Assembly (NCBI GenBank): GCA_002633005.1
Contig: NMRA01000927.1
Span: forward strand, 5,921 to 69,920
Reading direction: 5' to 3'
Origin: Phoronis australis
Lineage: Eukaryota; Animalia; Phoronida
DNA length: 64,000 nt
Shown here: in pieces, positions 49,514-62,808 of the stretch
How positions within the stretch are numbered: position 1 is the first letter of the stretch
How the letters are laid out: each line of letters opens with the position of its first letter
Notes under the pieces: generated by a model
Databases searched by the model: none
Told to the model about the DNA's origin: nothing
Seen by the model: the letters and a program-made list of their open reading frames with translations, nothing else
Program-made: the position numbers and the translations under genes

Positions 49514-49614
49514 GTATGACATTTTGTCTATTTTGCCAAGATGTTAGATCAGAAAAATCGTGGTAAAGTGTGACACAAATAATAGGCTAAATACTTTTTA
49601 CACATCGTCAATAT

Positions 49615-49710
49615 GCATGCTGGTGACCTGCAATCTAGAGGTAGTGGTTCGATTCCCAGTTGGGTTCCTGGTTTTTCTGTGTTTATTTGTTTTTCTGTGT
49701 TTATTCGATT
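49615..49710 (+). mobile_element. tRNA-derived SINE-like remnant
   Basis: GACCTGCAATCTAGAGGTAGTGGTTCGATTCCCAG resembles anticodon/T-arm with B box GGTTCGATTCC, followed by a T-rich duplicated tail. Confidence 0.4.
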
Positions 49711-50949
49711 CAGTATCAGCCAACACCAGTTCACCCATACTGGTAAATTACTGATATTTGTTCAGATCTATGTACAAGAGGCTACTGTTCCATTCAGTGG
49801 GAATGTTTAAAATAGAAGTCAAGTCGTCCTTATGTCCACACTATATGTGATGTTCACGGTGGGTGCATATCAATGCTCTGCGTTACTCTCGTTTCACCCA
49901 GAGTGTCACGGACGCCACACACTCTGTTTGAAATAAAATGGTTTGGCAGTGTATTTTTTAAAAGATCTAGGTGTGCGTATAATAAAAGCACCATGTGCAC
50001 TTAATTACGGGAACTTATGTGAATGTCTTGCGGAAAATGTGCATTGCTCGGCATATAGAGAAATGGGCTTATTTGCGGGGTTATGCCACGTACAAAGTGT
50101 ACACATTGTTTTGCAGCAAGTTCAGGACCCTCAATCTCTCGATTTTTGGGCCGAATATCGCACCGATTCCCCCTCTGAAAAATATTGAACAATCACGCGA
50201 AGTTCACTTCGTGCGACCCAAATTTCTCTTCAAGTGATTGAAAAATTCCCCTTGAGGTTCGAATCGCTTGTAGCTGGCACAGGTGACAATTTGAAAGAGC
50301 ACAAGAAGTTAGTTTTGGCTACTTAAGGCAGTGTACGAGTGCTTGGAATGGGTGGGGTGCTATTGATGGTGATTGAAGGCTGGAATTATCGGCTTACTCT
50401 TAACAAATTTCCCTCTCAAAAGGCACTGGCACTTTTCCCTTCGGGTGATCAAGGGCTCTGAAGTTCCTATTAACATTATCAAACAGTTGAGATGTTTTAT
50501 TCTTAATGGCTGGGGTGACCTGCCCAAAAGGTTACAAATAGAACACTTTTAGAGGACCAGTCCTTACTCACACACCAAATTTCTGTTTTAAGACTTCATG
50601 AAACAGATGCCAGGGTCATCATAGTAAGTGTATGTTGTCAAAGAGGGGTCTAAGGCAAGGTCTGATGATGTCAGTTAATACCTTGTAATTATCAAAATAA
50701 AATGGCCCAGTTGACAAAGCCATCTTCAGTAAAAGCTAACTGAATAGCTTGATTGAGTTTTACCTTAAACCAATTCACGGCTCACTGCCACCAAGTGAGC
50801 TTGCCGTAGTCGTTTTGTAGTTATATGTGAATGTCTGTCAGAGAGCAGCACAGATCATTTGTATCGTGAGACGGTGCATCATTTTTGTGCATGATCTCCA
50901 TAACTGTCAGCTTCATTCAACCATTAATTTGCAAATTTTACCATTTCAG

Positions 50950-51091
50950 AATTGCCTAGGCTGAAGTATGCGCCCTTTGCGGGCTCTAGGGAGTCGCGAC
51001 AGTTAGTGCTGCAGTGGAAGAAATGGACGCAGGGGGTGGATAGCGGTGACCCACCCATCCTTGAGTACGTCTTACATCAAGGGAAGAAGGG
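50950..51091 (+). CDS. Receptor exon 6: FN3 #1, N-terminal half
   Basis: TTTCAG| ELPRLKYAPFAGSRESRQLVLQWKKWTQGVDSGDPPILEYVLHQGKKG |GTGAGT; phase 1-2. Confidence 0.85.
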
Positions 51092-51329
51092 GTGAGTGTT
51101 AGCTGTAACGGTCAGTATTCTTCCACCATGTTCTGTTCTTCCACAATGCAAAGCGCCCTCTATTGTAATGCAGTCGCACTATTTGTTGCCTTATTGCAAT
51201 ATTCATTTAATATTCATTTAATGGTGAAGTTTCTGAAATATGTGTCAAAATTAGAGCAGTGTTTATGTGCTTCTATAGTTGAGTAACCTTTGATTTTTGT
51301 GCGCCCACATGTTACATATTAGATACATA

Positions 51330-51830
51330 TATGGTCGTTTATTGTTGTATCCTGTCCGTGTGCCCGGGTGTCCGGTTGTACGCTCAATATCTCAAAAATG
51401 CATTGTTGGATGGTGACGAAAATTGGCTCAAGGGTGTAGGGCATCTCTAGTGCGGTGCGTGACCCTTTTCAATTTGTTCCTGGATCAGAAATGGGGCTTC
51501 CAAGTGCTTTGTGGGAATAGTGTCTCTGGATGATTTCTAGAGGGACTAGAGAACAGATTTCAGTAAAAGTTAACTCAAGGATATGTGATGACAATCTGCC
51601 AGAACAAGTCATTTTTTGGCAAATTTGACCTCTACAGCACCCCTAGTAGCCATTTTGGTTTTGATAAGTTTTTTTTTCAGTATTTTGGGATATAGAGTGT
51701 TACCGTATGATATCTTGAGGACTGCTTAACGTATTTCAATGAAACTTTGACTCTAGAGGTATGTGAGGGGAATACCCTTGTACCAGTTGATTTTTGGGCG
51801 GATATGACTTCCGTCAGCTGGTCCATTACG
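51330..51830 (+). repeat. Unclassified interspersed repeat, related to 63610-64000
   Basis: Shared layout: TGTCCG-rich head, ATATCTC.AAA, GATTT..ATGAAA.TT, GC(A/G)CC.CTAGT.GC motifs. Confidence 0.4.
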
Positions 51831-54800
51831 GAAGTGATGGCAGCTACCAGATCTTAGCAGATTCCAACAAGCGCTATGCCCGTAATGCCATTTTGCGTCT
51901 GTCTTTTGACAAATCTCATGATTGAAGTAGACTAGACCCGCTCATTGTTGGATCACGTGTCCCTTTGTGGCATGCTTTATTTCTTTGTTCCCAATGTTGA
52001 TACTCTGCTTATTTTTTAAGCCTTTTGATTGGAAGTTGGTTTCAAAAGGCGAGGCACCATCTCTTTTTGTCAAGTCTGACTTTTGCAGTTATTCCTTGTG
52101 GTCAAACCGTTGTCTCCTTGTACCACGAAACTGATACGCACCCCAAGACAGTCGTACTGTTTGAGGTTCAATATGGACACATATCAGCGCCAAGCGTTGC
52201 TCATGTTAAGTCAGTTTGAACTTCACCAACACTGATTTTGATGGTTATTCAGCTGCCTCAAATGGTTTGAATCCGACCTGTTGTGAAGAGTCAACCCAGT
52301 ATCTCCAGTGCTTATGCCTCTCGCAGTTTTTTTTTTTTAGTTCCTTCTCCTTCGCTGTGAATATTAGCAATTGTCTACTTACTCTCTGAGAAATTTTGAA
52401 ACAGAAAAGTGAGTTACGCTCGATGACTCACCTGGCGTCAGCTGACAACCTTGTTTGACCTAATTGTTTAAACTTACTTAATGCATGCCACTATCAAAAC
52501 GAACCCGTCTGCTTCCCTGTTTCACTTTATCAATCGAGAAGATTCTAGTTAAAATGGATTTGCCACTACTTGAGCAATGGTTTCCTGTGTACAAATCTTG
52601 TGACTTCGAAACTTTCGTCTTAAGTATGAGCATTTTTGTATCAATCTCTTTCTTTTCTTCTCTCACAGTCAACCAGAAGGGTAAGCAAACTATTGAACAG
52701 GCATTTGTTTTTAACCCGTCAGTCCTGAATCTCAGTTAGTAATAACGTCAACTAAGCATGCCAACCGAACTTTATTGTAGCATAGGTACTGACCACAAGC
52801 AAATGTAATTTAAAAGGGACATTATCGTATTTACAGCCAGAAAACAGTTTTTGGATTTTTGTCGGATGGGATGCACTTTTGAACTTATTAGCATTGACCA
52901 GAGCTATAAAGCAATGAAATGTGTTGTGTTCGTGTGATATTATTACAAATCGCCAATTTTCACCATTGTCTGCCAGACACTCCATGAAATTAAGACTGAT
53001 GACTTGACTAGTTAAATATCCATAAATCACTCTGCCACTTATCACAGAGCATTTGTCTGCATCCATTAGGGTTCCTGGTTTGAATCCGAGCAGGGACTGA
53101 TTTCGGAAGACTCGACATTTGTTGGCGATAATGTCACCTTAATGGAGGTGTTGTCTTATGTTCATTTCAAGGTCATTGCTTGATCTTTAGTTTGCAATGT
53201 GTTGTTTCTACCTTTTGGGGTTTTGTAATGACAACATAGGTTATTACTCTTTTACGACTAGCCCTTTTAGAATTGCAAATAAATTATGAACACACGTTGA
53301 ATGTAGGTTGCAATGATTAAAACGCTATAAAATTGTTTAATATTTATTCGTTTATGGAATTTTATAAAATGTTGTGCGTAAAATGCACACTCATTGCTTT
53401 ATGTGACATTTTGAAATTGTGACGAGGAAGGTATTTTCCAGGTAGAGTATTCAAGATTTCGAGTCAAAAACACTGTTGATGGTCAGTGATTGGTTTGGTT
53501 GAAATACAAGACTTTTAGGTCCCGCGACACAACTCGTCTCATATCAGACATTTCAAACTTTGATCATAAATCAAAATTGTTTTGAATTCAAATACGTTAA
53601 AACTCAATGATGAACAGTTAGGAGGGCATTGCACTAACCACACTTGTGTCAGACCATTGACAGAAATTTTGTCCAAAAATAGATTAAGAAATCGAAAAAG
53701 TTGACTTTTGTTTGGAATTTGGTAAAACTGTAGTCCACGATGTTGTTCAACTGTAGTTATCTCCCATGGGATTTAGGATTAACTAGTTCAAGAGTTTGGC
53801 AGTGAATAGATAACTCAATGGAAAGTGAACTTGACAGTGAAAGAGTTAAGAACAAGTATTTTGTTAATTTAACATTATGATAATCTATACTGTTTTTGTA
53901 TGGAACAGAAGATAAACCTAGCCCCGTCACTGAAATCTCTTCCCTGATGGAATGTATTGGTTGTAACAAATCTAGTTGCGACACACTTAACACTATTATA
54001 CTGTTTTGCTACAGTAATGAAAATTTTGCTGATGCTCTATCCTTTGTGTTTGACAGTTGAAAACAGGGAATAAGTTAGATAAACAATATTCAACTGTTTT
54101 GTAAATTTGTCAATGTCATAAAATAATGGCTGTTATGGCTTTTTGGCAAACTCTAGGAAGACCTCATAAAAATTGTTTTCAGTAAATTTTGTATATTTGG
54201 AAAGGTGATGTTGCTGTAGCATCACATGAAAATAACCTCGGCTTAAATGTTTGGGTTCAGAGCTTATTTTGTGAAATCTTTCACGAAAACCAAATGAAAA
54301 GAGTATCGTGAAGCGAAGGTAAAATTTGGAGCAATCGTACGGTACCTGTTGTTGGTCGCGGCGTATGCTGTATTGTCTTGTGTCACGTGGACTGAGTGAC
54401 GAAACAAGAAGTCTGATTAATAGGAAACGGTGCATGCCGTCAACGTGACCGATGTGCTTTACTGTCTACGAAGGGTAACTTTCAACTGATTCATGTCTAG
54501 TTGATTTGTTAAACGTAGTATAGACCTCGAATGTGCATGAATTAACACTGAGAACGGAAAACGATTGAATTCATGGCTTAATTCATAGTTTTTTATTGTT
54601 TATTATGAAAATGTAATGCACCGTAATTGAAGTTAAGCTCAGAAAGTGCTGGAAAGCGCCATGTCTGGGTGGAATTCTCATCAAAGATTTGAGAATTGCT
54701 CGTTTTTGATTTCGTGACGGTGTCAGGCCACTTTGACTGACTTAACAATGCATGCTTGCACGAAGGAATGGTCAAGTTGAATTGTAAATAATACATTACA

Positions 54801-56330
54801 TGTTCACTGACTGCATGGCTATTATGATTTACATTTAACTGATTTGGTATGCTTCTAAGCAAGAGAAGTTAATTTAATACTTTTAAATTAGCTACTTTCT
54901 CCGATTCTGCAGCATTAACCCACAATGCCGTGCGTCCTTAGGAGACATCCCCAAAGTTTTACAGAGTTGTCGTATTAATCTCTACTTTCCATTGATATTA
55001 AATTACCATTTGTCGTTTTTGTGCCAGTTAAGTTTAACTATGTGCTTAGTAGATTGCTGTAGCGACAAAAATTTGAAAAGCTGAATGAGGCGTGATAAAT
55101 CATTCACGTGTCCAAGTTGGTTCACAAGTCAGTAGTAGCTGTACCTTCGTTAAACTAGTCACTCACGCTACGTTTTTTCTACCTCTGTAAAAGAGGAGAA
55201 TTGAACATCTACATTTTGTCCGACTTACTCTGTTTCTCCGGAATTTCTAGTATAGGTCATAGTTACTGATTACAAAATGATACATCTGATGAACACCAAG
55301 TAGGAATCTAGGATGGTTTGCCATATTAGAACACTGACTCACTTCAGTCAGTTATTAAAACTGAGTGCCTACTGCAGGCCATGGCAAACTTTTTGTATCT
55401 TGTGATTGTATTGTGATTAACAAAATTGTGATCTTTTTCTTTAATTTTGCCGTGTTCTCGCTACGTTTGGTTACATCTGTTTAGCACGGATCATGCTAAT
55501 TGTAAGCAAATATTAATTTCTTCAAATTTGTTATTGAGAGATATTGGGCAAAGGAAATTCTACTCTTCTGCTATTGGGGGAGGGGAGTGAGGGGAGGGCA
55601 CCAGGCACCAATTTAGAATTCGGCTGTTCAGCTATTGGACGAGGGAGGGAGGGGCACTTTGCGAAAGAATTTTCATTGGCACATTTGGAATTTTACCGTT
55701 ATGACATTTGTTTAGATTTGTCTCAATATTTTAATACTATCGAGACTTATCTTTTTCATTTTATTTAGTCTAATTGATTGTCATTGCCATGTTTTGATTT
55801 CTAGACGGCACACCTTCAACTGTACTGACATTATGTGTGGTGTGACGAAGGCTACAGGGTTGGACTACAATCTTCATTATTGAGTAGTTTGTATTTGTAG
55901 CCTCGATCTCTCTATTCTACAAAATACAACTGTCCAAACCACGTTCAAATCGAGTGGCTTGACTCTCACCTTAACCCTGCGGCATCATCTTGACCCTTAG
56001 CCCCAACTTCTGTCTGAAGCCGATTTATTGTTACTGGTCGTGAAGTTTGATGTGTTTTGAAAGTTGTTTGTTGGGTCCAGTACTTATTTGTGGTGCTTCT
56101 GGTGTACTAAGTATTCTTTCTCTATCTGTATTGTAAAGGGCTTTGTGATTTGTCCCCAAGCAGTTGTGAGTCCTGAGGACTGTTCAATAGAGCGTCCGCC
56201 TAAAGTGAGAGCGAGCGCCTGCCTAAAGTAAGTGCTCGCTATTGAATGACATTGTTAAAGGTAATCACCTTGAAACATGTCGGATGCCAATTTGGATTTC
56301 TGAGTGTACAACCTATCAAGAATGCTTTCC

Positions 56331-56358
56331 NNNNNNNNNNNNNNNNNNNNNNNNNNNN
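56331..56358. other. Assembly gap
   Basis: Run of N. Confidence 1.
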
Positions 56359-58259
56359 GGGGGGCACTCGTGCCTGCCTTATTGAACACGTTTCAGGAAT
56401 TAGATTGCTTTACAACCCTAATTTTAAGCAATTCAGATTTACTGACTTTGTATTGATGAGATCTGTCCTTGTACTGACACCTGGTGACTTTGGAGTGGTA
56501 AGCCACCATTTTTAATGTTATCCAATTAAAATACGGATCCCTCGGTCCTTGTTAGTATGTAACAAAAATGGAGTGATGAAACTGTCCAACGGGGAGTTTC
56601 CTTTTATTTTTGTTTTTTGCCTTCACTGTCACTGAGCAAACACAAAGGCTGACTCGCACTGTGTCCAGTGGGGAAGATGGTCCTGGTGTCTGCTCAGTGA
56701 AAAAGAGTGCAGTAACCGCTTGATGGGGAAATGCATGCTGGGCAGACTGTATCACTTTGCTGTTGTTGAATGCACGAACCACTAAATAAAGGTGAAACTT
56801 ATTTCTAAAATAACCAAGGATCTACTGTGTTGATAACTTCAATATCATCATAAATGTTGGCTTTCCCCTTTGAAATTCTCGTAGTGATTTAATTCAGTCT
56901 TGACAAAATTGTAGGTGCAGGGTAAAGGTGCCTCAACTTGTCTTCGTAGCATTTAGACAATATTCCTTGGTGGGGGTACCCTGGTGTTGAGCAAATAGTC
57001 ATGTCACTTAGCAATAAGTCACCTCTTTTATTGATATCTTGTGTCATTTTGGTAATTGCATTGTTCAGCTAAATTGTGTAAAATTTTGTTGTAAGCAGGC
57101 AGCCTTGTTACCTGCTTAAGACACCCGTTGTTACTGGTTTTGCTGCGTGTGGTGTCACAAGTGCTGATGTGATAAGTTACATGGCGTAATGCAGAATATT
57201 TTCAAACTTTAGCATTCTATGTTCATGTGTAGTTGTTTGTAGGAAAGGAACCTTGCTTGTGTACGAAAAAAAATACTATGCGAGCAGGTGAGAACAGACT
57301 TAAACTTTTGCGGAAGGGCTGTTTGTGAGGAACAGAGAATACCCGTGCGGTTGGTGAGGGAGGAAGATGGCTTCCCTGACTTACGTTGCATGACCAATGT
57401 AATCTGGCTTTAACTGAACATTTTCTGCTGGTGTCTTCAACTGCTAGTACCTGATGTGGAAGACTCGTTCTTGCACGTCATTCTGGGGTTCTACCGAACG
57501 GTTGCCACCTCTGACCTCGGCTTCATTCTTGATTGACAAAATTACTCAAATTGACAAAAAGGTTTGGATGGGAATTTTAAATTTAAGTGTTTGTGTGGCC
57601 AACGTTGATGCATTGATGTTTTGGGGAGTTTCGGTCTGTATGAACGGGTAACTTCGATCCTGAATCAAAGTTGACCGCAAAAGTTAACTGCGGTTAACAG
57701 GAGCATTTAATTGCTGAACATCAAGCCTTCGATGTGGTATGGACAGTTAACTTGGGTATCAACGGAGTTATCGGCAAGTGTCGCCGTCAATGTGACATTT
57801 TTTTCAAATATTCACACCATTTTGTAATCATTACAGACAACTTCAGACAACATTTCAAATTTTAAAAAATCATGCCTGTTTTAGGTGTTTGGAGCACCAC
57901 GTTCATCAAACTGTGATAACTACAGAAGCGAGGCTGTAAAAGGTTCGACTAACATCACAGTTTACATAAATGCCCCTCTCGCTTAAGTTTGTTTGAAAAG
58001 TCCTAAAAACTAGAAAGATATTTTAATCCTTTCTGTAACCTCGGTATTTGTGGAAACAAAAGATTGCATTGCAAGTCCTCCATCATTCGCTGCATGGCTC
58101 AAGTGTTCAAGTATGTAGTCGCATGTTGTGCGCATGAGGGTAACCCCCTAGGACAGCCTGAGTGGGACACATTGTTTATTGCCAGTACGTGTTGTATTGA
58201 CTGTGCATGTAAACAGTTGGTGGAACAATGTTGTTGACTTTTTGGCTGATTCTTCACAG

Positions 58260-58429
58260 TGAGTTGGCACGAATCGAACACAACGCCTGCATCGACCAGT
58301 TCTGCTCCTATCGTATCACGGGTCTGAGACCGGCGCAAGAGTACTACTTTCAGGTGGTGGCCGTGCGGGTCGGTCCCCACGGCACTGGATATCCCAGTCC
58401 CCTGGCCACAGTACAAACAAGATGCGATG
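58260..58429 (+). CDS. Receptor exon 7: FN3 #1, C-terminal half
   Basis: TCACAG| ELARIEHNACIDQFCSYRITGLRPAQEYYFQVVAVRVGPHGTGYPSPLATVQTRCD |GTGCGT; phase 2-1. Confidence 0.9.
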
Positions 58430-59199
58430 GTGCGTAAACCCACTGTTTGTTGCATGTTTGAAGCAGTAATTCCGCTGCTGTATTCCCCTCACAAACTTTT
58501 TGGACATAGTTGGGCAGACACGTGAGACTTTATTTTCTCATTTTCTCACAAAAGATATATAGCATCAATTTAAAATGAGAAAATAAAATCTCACGTTTGA
58601 GGCGTATACCATAGCATACCATCAGAAAATACATTCGTTGCATTTTTAGTTGACCTTGAAAAACGGAAAAAAGGTAATTTTGATTAGCAATTATTTTGTC
58701 CGTTATTATTGATATTTTGCCATAATCACTCGTTCCTTTTTGTAAGCTTTGATTACAAAGCCCTTGTTTTTTCCGGCAATGTGTGGGGTTTAGGTACTAG
58801 AATTTCTCCAAAAAGGACATCCAAACTTGTTTGGGTTTGCACCCAGGTTGCTCAAATTGAGAAACTCAAAAAAATCATTATTTTACTAGATATTAACTAG
58901 CTACAATTAACGAGGTTGATTGGTATGAAATCTTGTCACAGATTGCAAGTTTGGTGTTGTAAATTACGGATAGTAAACTAAAATGAATTTAAACAAAATC
59001 CAAAAGTTAAGAAACCTGCTGGATAAATTTTCCAAATGTGTGTATTTTTTCTAATCAGTAGTAAATGAATACACTGCTTGTATTTGACGATCTTGATATT
59101 GACCTTTGACCCCAAGAGAGTGCCTTTGTGATTGGTTCGCTAGTGTGTTCTGTTGAGTGAAGGTGCCTATGTCACTGTTGTAATTTGTTCATGTCACAG

Positions 59200-59282
59200 T
59201 GCCATCAAAGGGTCCGATAGACATGAAACATCAAGGAATGGATAAGAGAGGGCACTGGATAAAAATGAAGTTTGTGTGGCAG
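59200..59282 (+). CDS. Receptor exon 8: FN3 #2 start
   Basis: TCACAG| VPSKGPIDMKHQGMDKRGHWIKMKFVWQ |GTATGA; phase 1-0 exactly bridges exons 7 and 9. Confidence 0.75.
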
Positions 59283-60312
59283 GTATGATTACTTTTAGGG
59301 ATATGGTGTTTTCTCTAATAGTTCGTACATTTTATTAGTTTGTACACAGCTCTTGAAACATGGCGTTTGTCTCTAATAGTTCGCACTGTAGGAGTCCAAG
59401 GGAAAAATATTTCATACACATTTTGGATACGTAAAATGGAAATTTGTATTCTCGTAAAGGAAGACAAGTCAATAAGCGCCAATTCTATTCGGGTAATCGG
59501 AATCCGTGGTTTGTTATACCGCACTAGTATAGAGCTCAAAAAGTCGTTTTTCAAATCGCCATTTTTGGTGACCACAAATGTGGAAGTAACGATAAGATTT
59601 TCCCATGTGTTGCCAAATAGATGTAAAAATGTGACAACAGCAGATTTTCCCAACAAAGGTTCAATTGCCCTCAGATTAGTCCTTCACGAATAAATTAGCA
59701 AAATTGCGGAGTAATAGTACCATCTGGTCCTGCGGAGGTACTGAAGGTGGCGTGGTTCTTGAACTTTGCGAACGTGGAAAAGAAATAAAGTGACAAAGCG
59801 TTCAGGCATAATATTTTGAAGTAAATCCATCAGCCGGGAACGTAATTTGTTACTTGTAATATAATTCACAACCACCGTCACTAAGGCCGTCGTTGAACTA
59901 ATTTTTATCGTCGATCTTATCTCTAATAATGTGACTTTTGACTTTCTTCTCCAATAGTTTTGTCTCTGTTAATTTGGATACGAAGCTCTCAAGAGAAAAA
60001 TAGTTCTTACACTAGTGTATGAACTATTAGAGAAAAGATGGTACCCTTAATCAGATTTTAATGCAAACTGTTCCAATGAAAACATATTCTTCTTCTTTTC
60101 GAAATTCTTATTCTTTCCGAAAAAAGCTAATTTTTAATTCAATTTTTTTATTTCTGTTGGTCCACCAATGAAATGGTTGTCACTGTTGAATGATACTTCT
60201 ATTTTATTGACATCTGTCTGAGAAAACCAAGTTAAGAGTTTTGTAAGATTAGAGAATATTAGTTTTTAAGTATGTGGATCGTGAATCCTCTTAAATCCTA
60301 TCCCAGTAAGAA

Positions 60313-60486
60313 CTGAATTGTAATTGAATTGTAATTGAATTGTAATTGAATTGTAATTGAATTGTAATTGAATTGAATTGGAATTGGAATTGTAATTGAA
60401 TTGTAATTGAATTGTAATTGAATTGTAATTGAATTGTAATTGAATTGAATTGAATTGGAATTGGAATTGAATTGTAATTGAATTGA
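60313..60486. repeat. (GAATTGTAATT)n / (GAATT)n satellite
   Basis: 11-bp unit with 5-6-bp variants. Confidence 0.95.
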
Positions 60487-60874
60487 TAGTGGTGCGTTCA
60501 TCCAGTATTGAGGAGTATGCAAGATCTCATTCAGGGAACACGCCAGTACATTTAGGCTACACATATTCATAGTACACGCAATGTTTCGGGAGGTGCTCTT
60601 TTGTCAGCTCGTCAAGTCTCAACAGATCTGCTGACAGACACACAAAATATGTGGACCTTTGCTGAAATATTAATTACGTTTGATTCTTTTAAGCACCTTA
60701 GAGCTTTCTGAACAATGTAGAGAACGAAAATGGATACTTTATAAGAACTTTGAAAAAGCAATCCTAACCCCCACAAAACTTCTGAAAAGTAACTTTGTCA
60801 AGAAGACTTTTTTGCCTGCTATCGCTCCATGTTGCCATGTGCATCAAACTTATCTGCTCTCAACCTTCTTACAG

Positions 60875-61115
60875 CTGCCTGACCGCTCCCAATACAACTG
60901 TCGGAACGTGATACAGGTGCAGTTCTTTCTGTACAAGTTAGACCGCTCCAGTCAGCCGGTACTCGTACAGCAAAAGTTGTTGAGTGCAGGGCAGCGGTCT
61001 TACACGGAGTACAGGCTGGAGCCATATAAGCATTACGAGGCATTCACCCGCTACAAGACAGAAAGCTTCTGGAGTCCTAACTCTACGCAGCTGCAGTTTC
61101 AAACAATGGAGAGCA
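60875..61115 (+). CDS. Receptor exon 9: FN3 #2 remainder
   Basis: TTACAG| LPDRSQYNCRNV...YRLEPYKHYEAFTRYKTESFWSPNSTQLQFQTMES |GTGAGT; phase 0-1. Confidence 0.85.
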
Positions 61116-61558
61116 GTGAGTAACTCCATTTTTTGTTCTTTGCAATTGAGAGCATTCAAACAGGTTAATGTCAGTCTATGAAAACCAGCATTGGTTGGGA
61201 GTCTTACGTAAATGTGGTTTTGCTGTAGTGGCTATGTCAAGGTAACGCTCAGGTTTTATTAGTTGTTCCTGGTGTATCAATTAAAGTGTCCAAACTACGC
61301 AATGCTATTTGTAGGAGGTCTGGTACACGTTGTACCTGATGTGCGCAGGCCGTGCATGTGGGCCCATCGCACAGATCACCTACAACCGAGCTTAGCAGCT
61401 GGAAACTTGACTCAAGGGTCTAACTGAGTGGCTCAGTGATACTCAATCCCACGACCTCGAGTAAAGGAATCGTATCAGTATGCCACTCTGCCTCCTCAAC
61501 GCTGTGTTGCACATAAGATTGGATGAATTCTTTGTAATGTTTGACTTCATTTTTCCAG

Positions 61559-61785
61559 CACCGTCTGCACCTGTCAATATTGCTGTGACGATGGCCAACA
61601 GTTCCGCCCTAGAGGTGGCCTGGAACGAGCCCCTGGAGACGCGTGGTGAAATCACGCTGTACAGCGTTCGTGTGCTAAGGCTTGGCGGGCACATGCAAAA
61701 GAGCTGCTTCCTTAAACGGCCGTTTGGTCAAACCAAGCGCTGTCTAGTCAAAGGCCTTGTGGCATTTGCTAATTACACTATACAG
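61559..61785 (+). CDS. Receptor exon 10: FN3 #3
   Basis: TTCCAG| TPSAPVNIAVTMANSSALEVAWNEPLETRGEITLYSV...VKGLVAFANYTIQ |GTGAGG; phase 1-0. Confidence 0.92.
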
Positions 61786-61826
61786 GTGAGGTTGGGTATA
61801 GCAGACCGTTGAGGCTGTCAGCACTT

Positions 61827-62108
61827 AACAGCTTATTATTTAAAATGACTTATTCTTATTAAAATGACATAGGCAAAAAATTGAATTTTGGACTTCAAAA
61901 GCGAGGCCCTCTATATTAATATAGGGTGCCCCGCTCTCCGGCCTCCATTCGGCGGGGCCCCTATATTAATATAGGGGCCCCGCTCTCCGGCCTCCTTTCA
62001 GCGAGACCCCCTATATTAATATAGGGGGCCTCGCTTTTGAAGTCCAAAATTCAATTTTTTGCCTATGTCATTTTAATAAGAATAAGTCATTTTAAATAAT
62101 AAGCTGTT
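61827..62108. mobile_element. Young fold-back MITE, ~100-bp near-perfect TIRs, 4-bp TSD ACTT (Sola-like)
   Basis: AACAGCTTATTATTTAAAATGAC... / ...GTCATTTTAAATAATAAGCTGTT; ACTT at 61823-61826 and 62109-62112. Confidence 0.88.
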
Positions 62109-62487
62109 ACTTGCTTTTGATCAAAATCAACCCTAGCAACTGATCACCTGTTCAAATGGACATTTTCTTTTTGTTTGTAGCCTTAACATGAAAATCAATT
62201 CTGTTAAAAACTCCACCCTTGTCTAAATATCTTCTGATCTATATGTATTAATGTCTTCTCATTAGGGTGTGTTAATGGTGATGTAGGACCCTAGAAAAAT
62301 GTACAAAGTTGGCTGAGCGGGTACAACGCGTTTTTGATCCCATTTGAAGTTTTGTGAATATAGAGACTTGTATAATTCAGGAAATTCTAGGAGTATACTG
62401 TTAGAGCATTCCGTGCCCCGTGAAATATGATCATTATTCTTGTCGTGACGTGCTACATTGTGACGACCATTATCTGTCTGTCATCAG

Positions 62488-62557
62488 GTGAAAGCCAAAA
62501 CCAATGCTGGATGGGGCGATGAGAGTGTCATAGCATATGGCTTTACTGAGGAAGGAT
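62488..62557 (+). CDS. Receptor exon 11: FN3 #3 end
   Basis: CATCAG| VKAKTNAGWGDESVIAYGFTEEG |GTGAGT; phase 0-1. Confidence 0.88.
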
Positions 62558-62603
62558 GTGAGTTGGAGTAATCTATAATGTGCATGCTTTCTGTTGAGAC
62601 GGT

Positions 62604-62808
62604 CTTGATGAGATATTCTTTCTTGATGAGACATCCAATCTAGATGAGACATTCTACGTTGATGAGACATTCTACGTTGATGAGACATTCTACCTTGATG
62701 AGACATTCTACCTTGATGAGACATTCTACCTTGATGAGACATTCTACCTTGATGAGACATTCTACCTTGATGAGACATTCTACCTTGATGAGACATTCCA
62801 TCTTGATG
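62604..62808. repeat. 18-bp minisatellite (TTGATGAGACATTCTACC)n, about 11 units
   Basis: Direct inspection; identical units on the right, diverged on the left. Confidence 0.95.

Noticed and set aside
46617-53110. tRNA-like boxes at ~46620, ~49645, ~50257, ~52263 and ~53078
   Set aside because: No complete cloverleaf; at most SINE remnants, not tRNA genes
60298-60570. ORF with IQLQFNYNSIT repeats
   Set aside because: Translation of an 11-bp satellite
60570-60625. Second hammerhead-like motif on the minus strand (CTGACAA...GAAACATTG)
   Set aside because: Core box mutated and stems unconvincing
62470-62796. ORF of MSHQGR repeats; repeat array superficially CRISPR-like
   Set aside because: Translation of an 18-bp minisatellite with no spacers; antisense to a real exon; eukaryotic context
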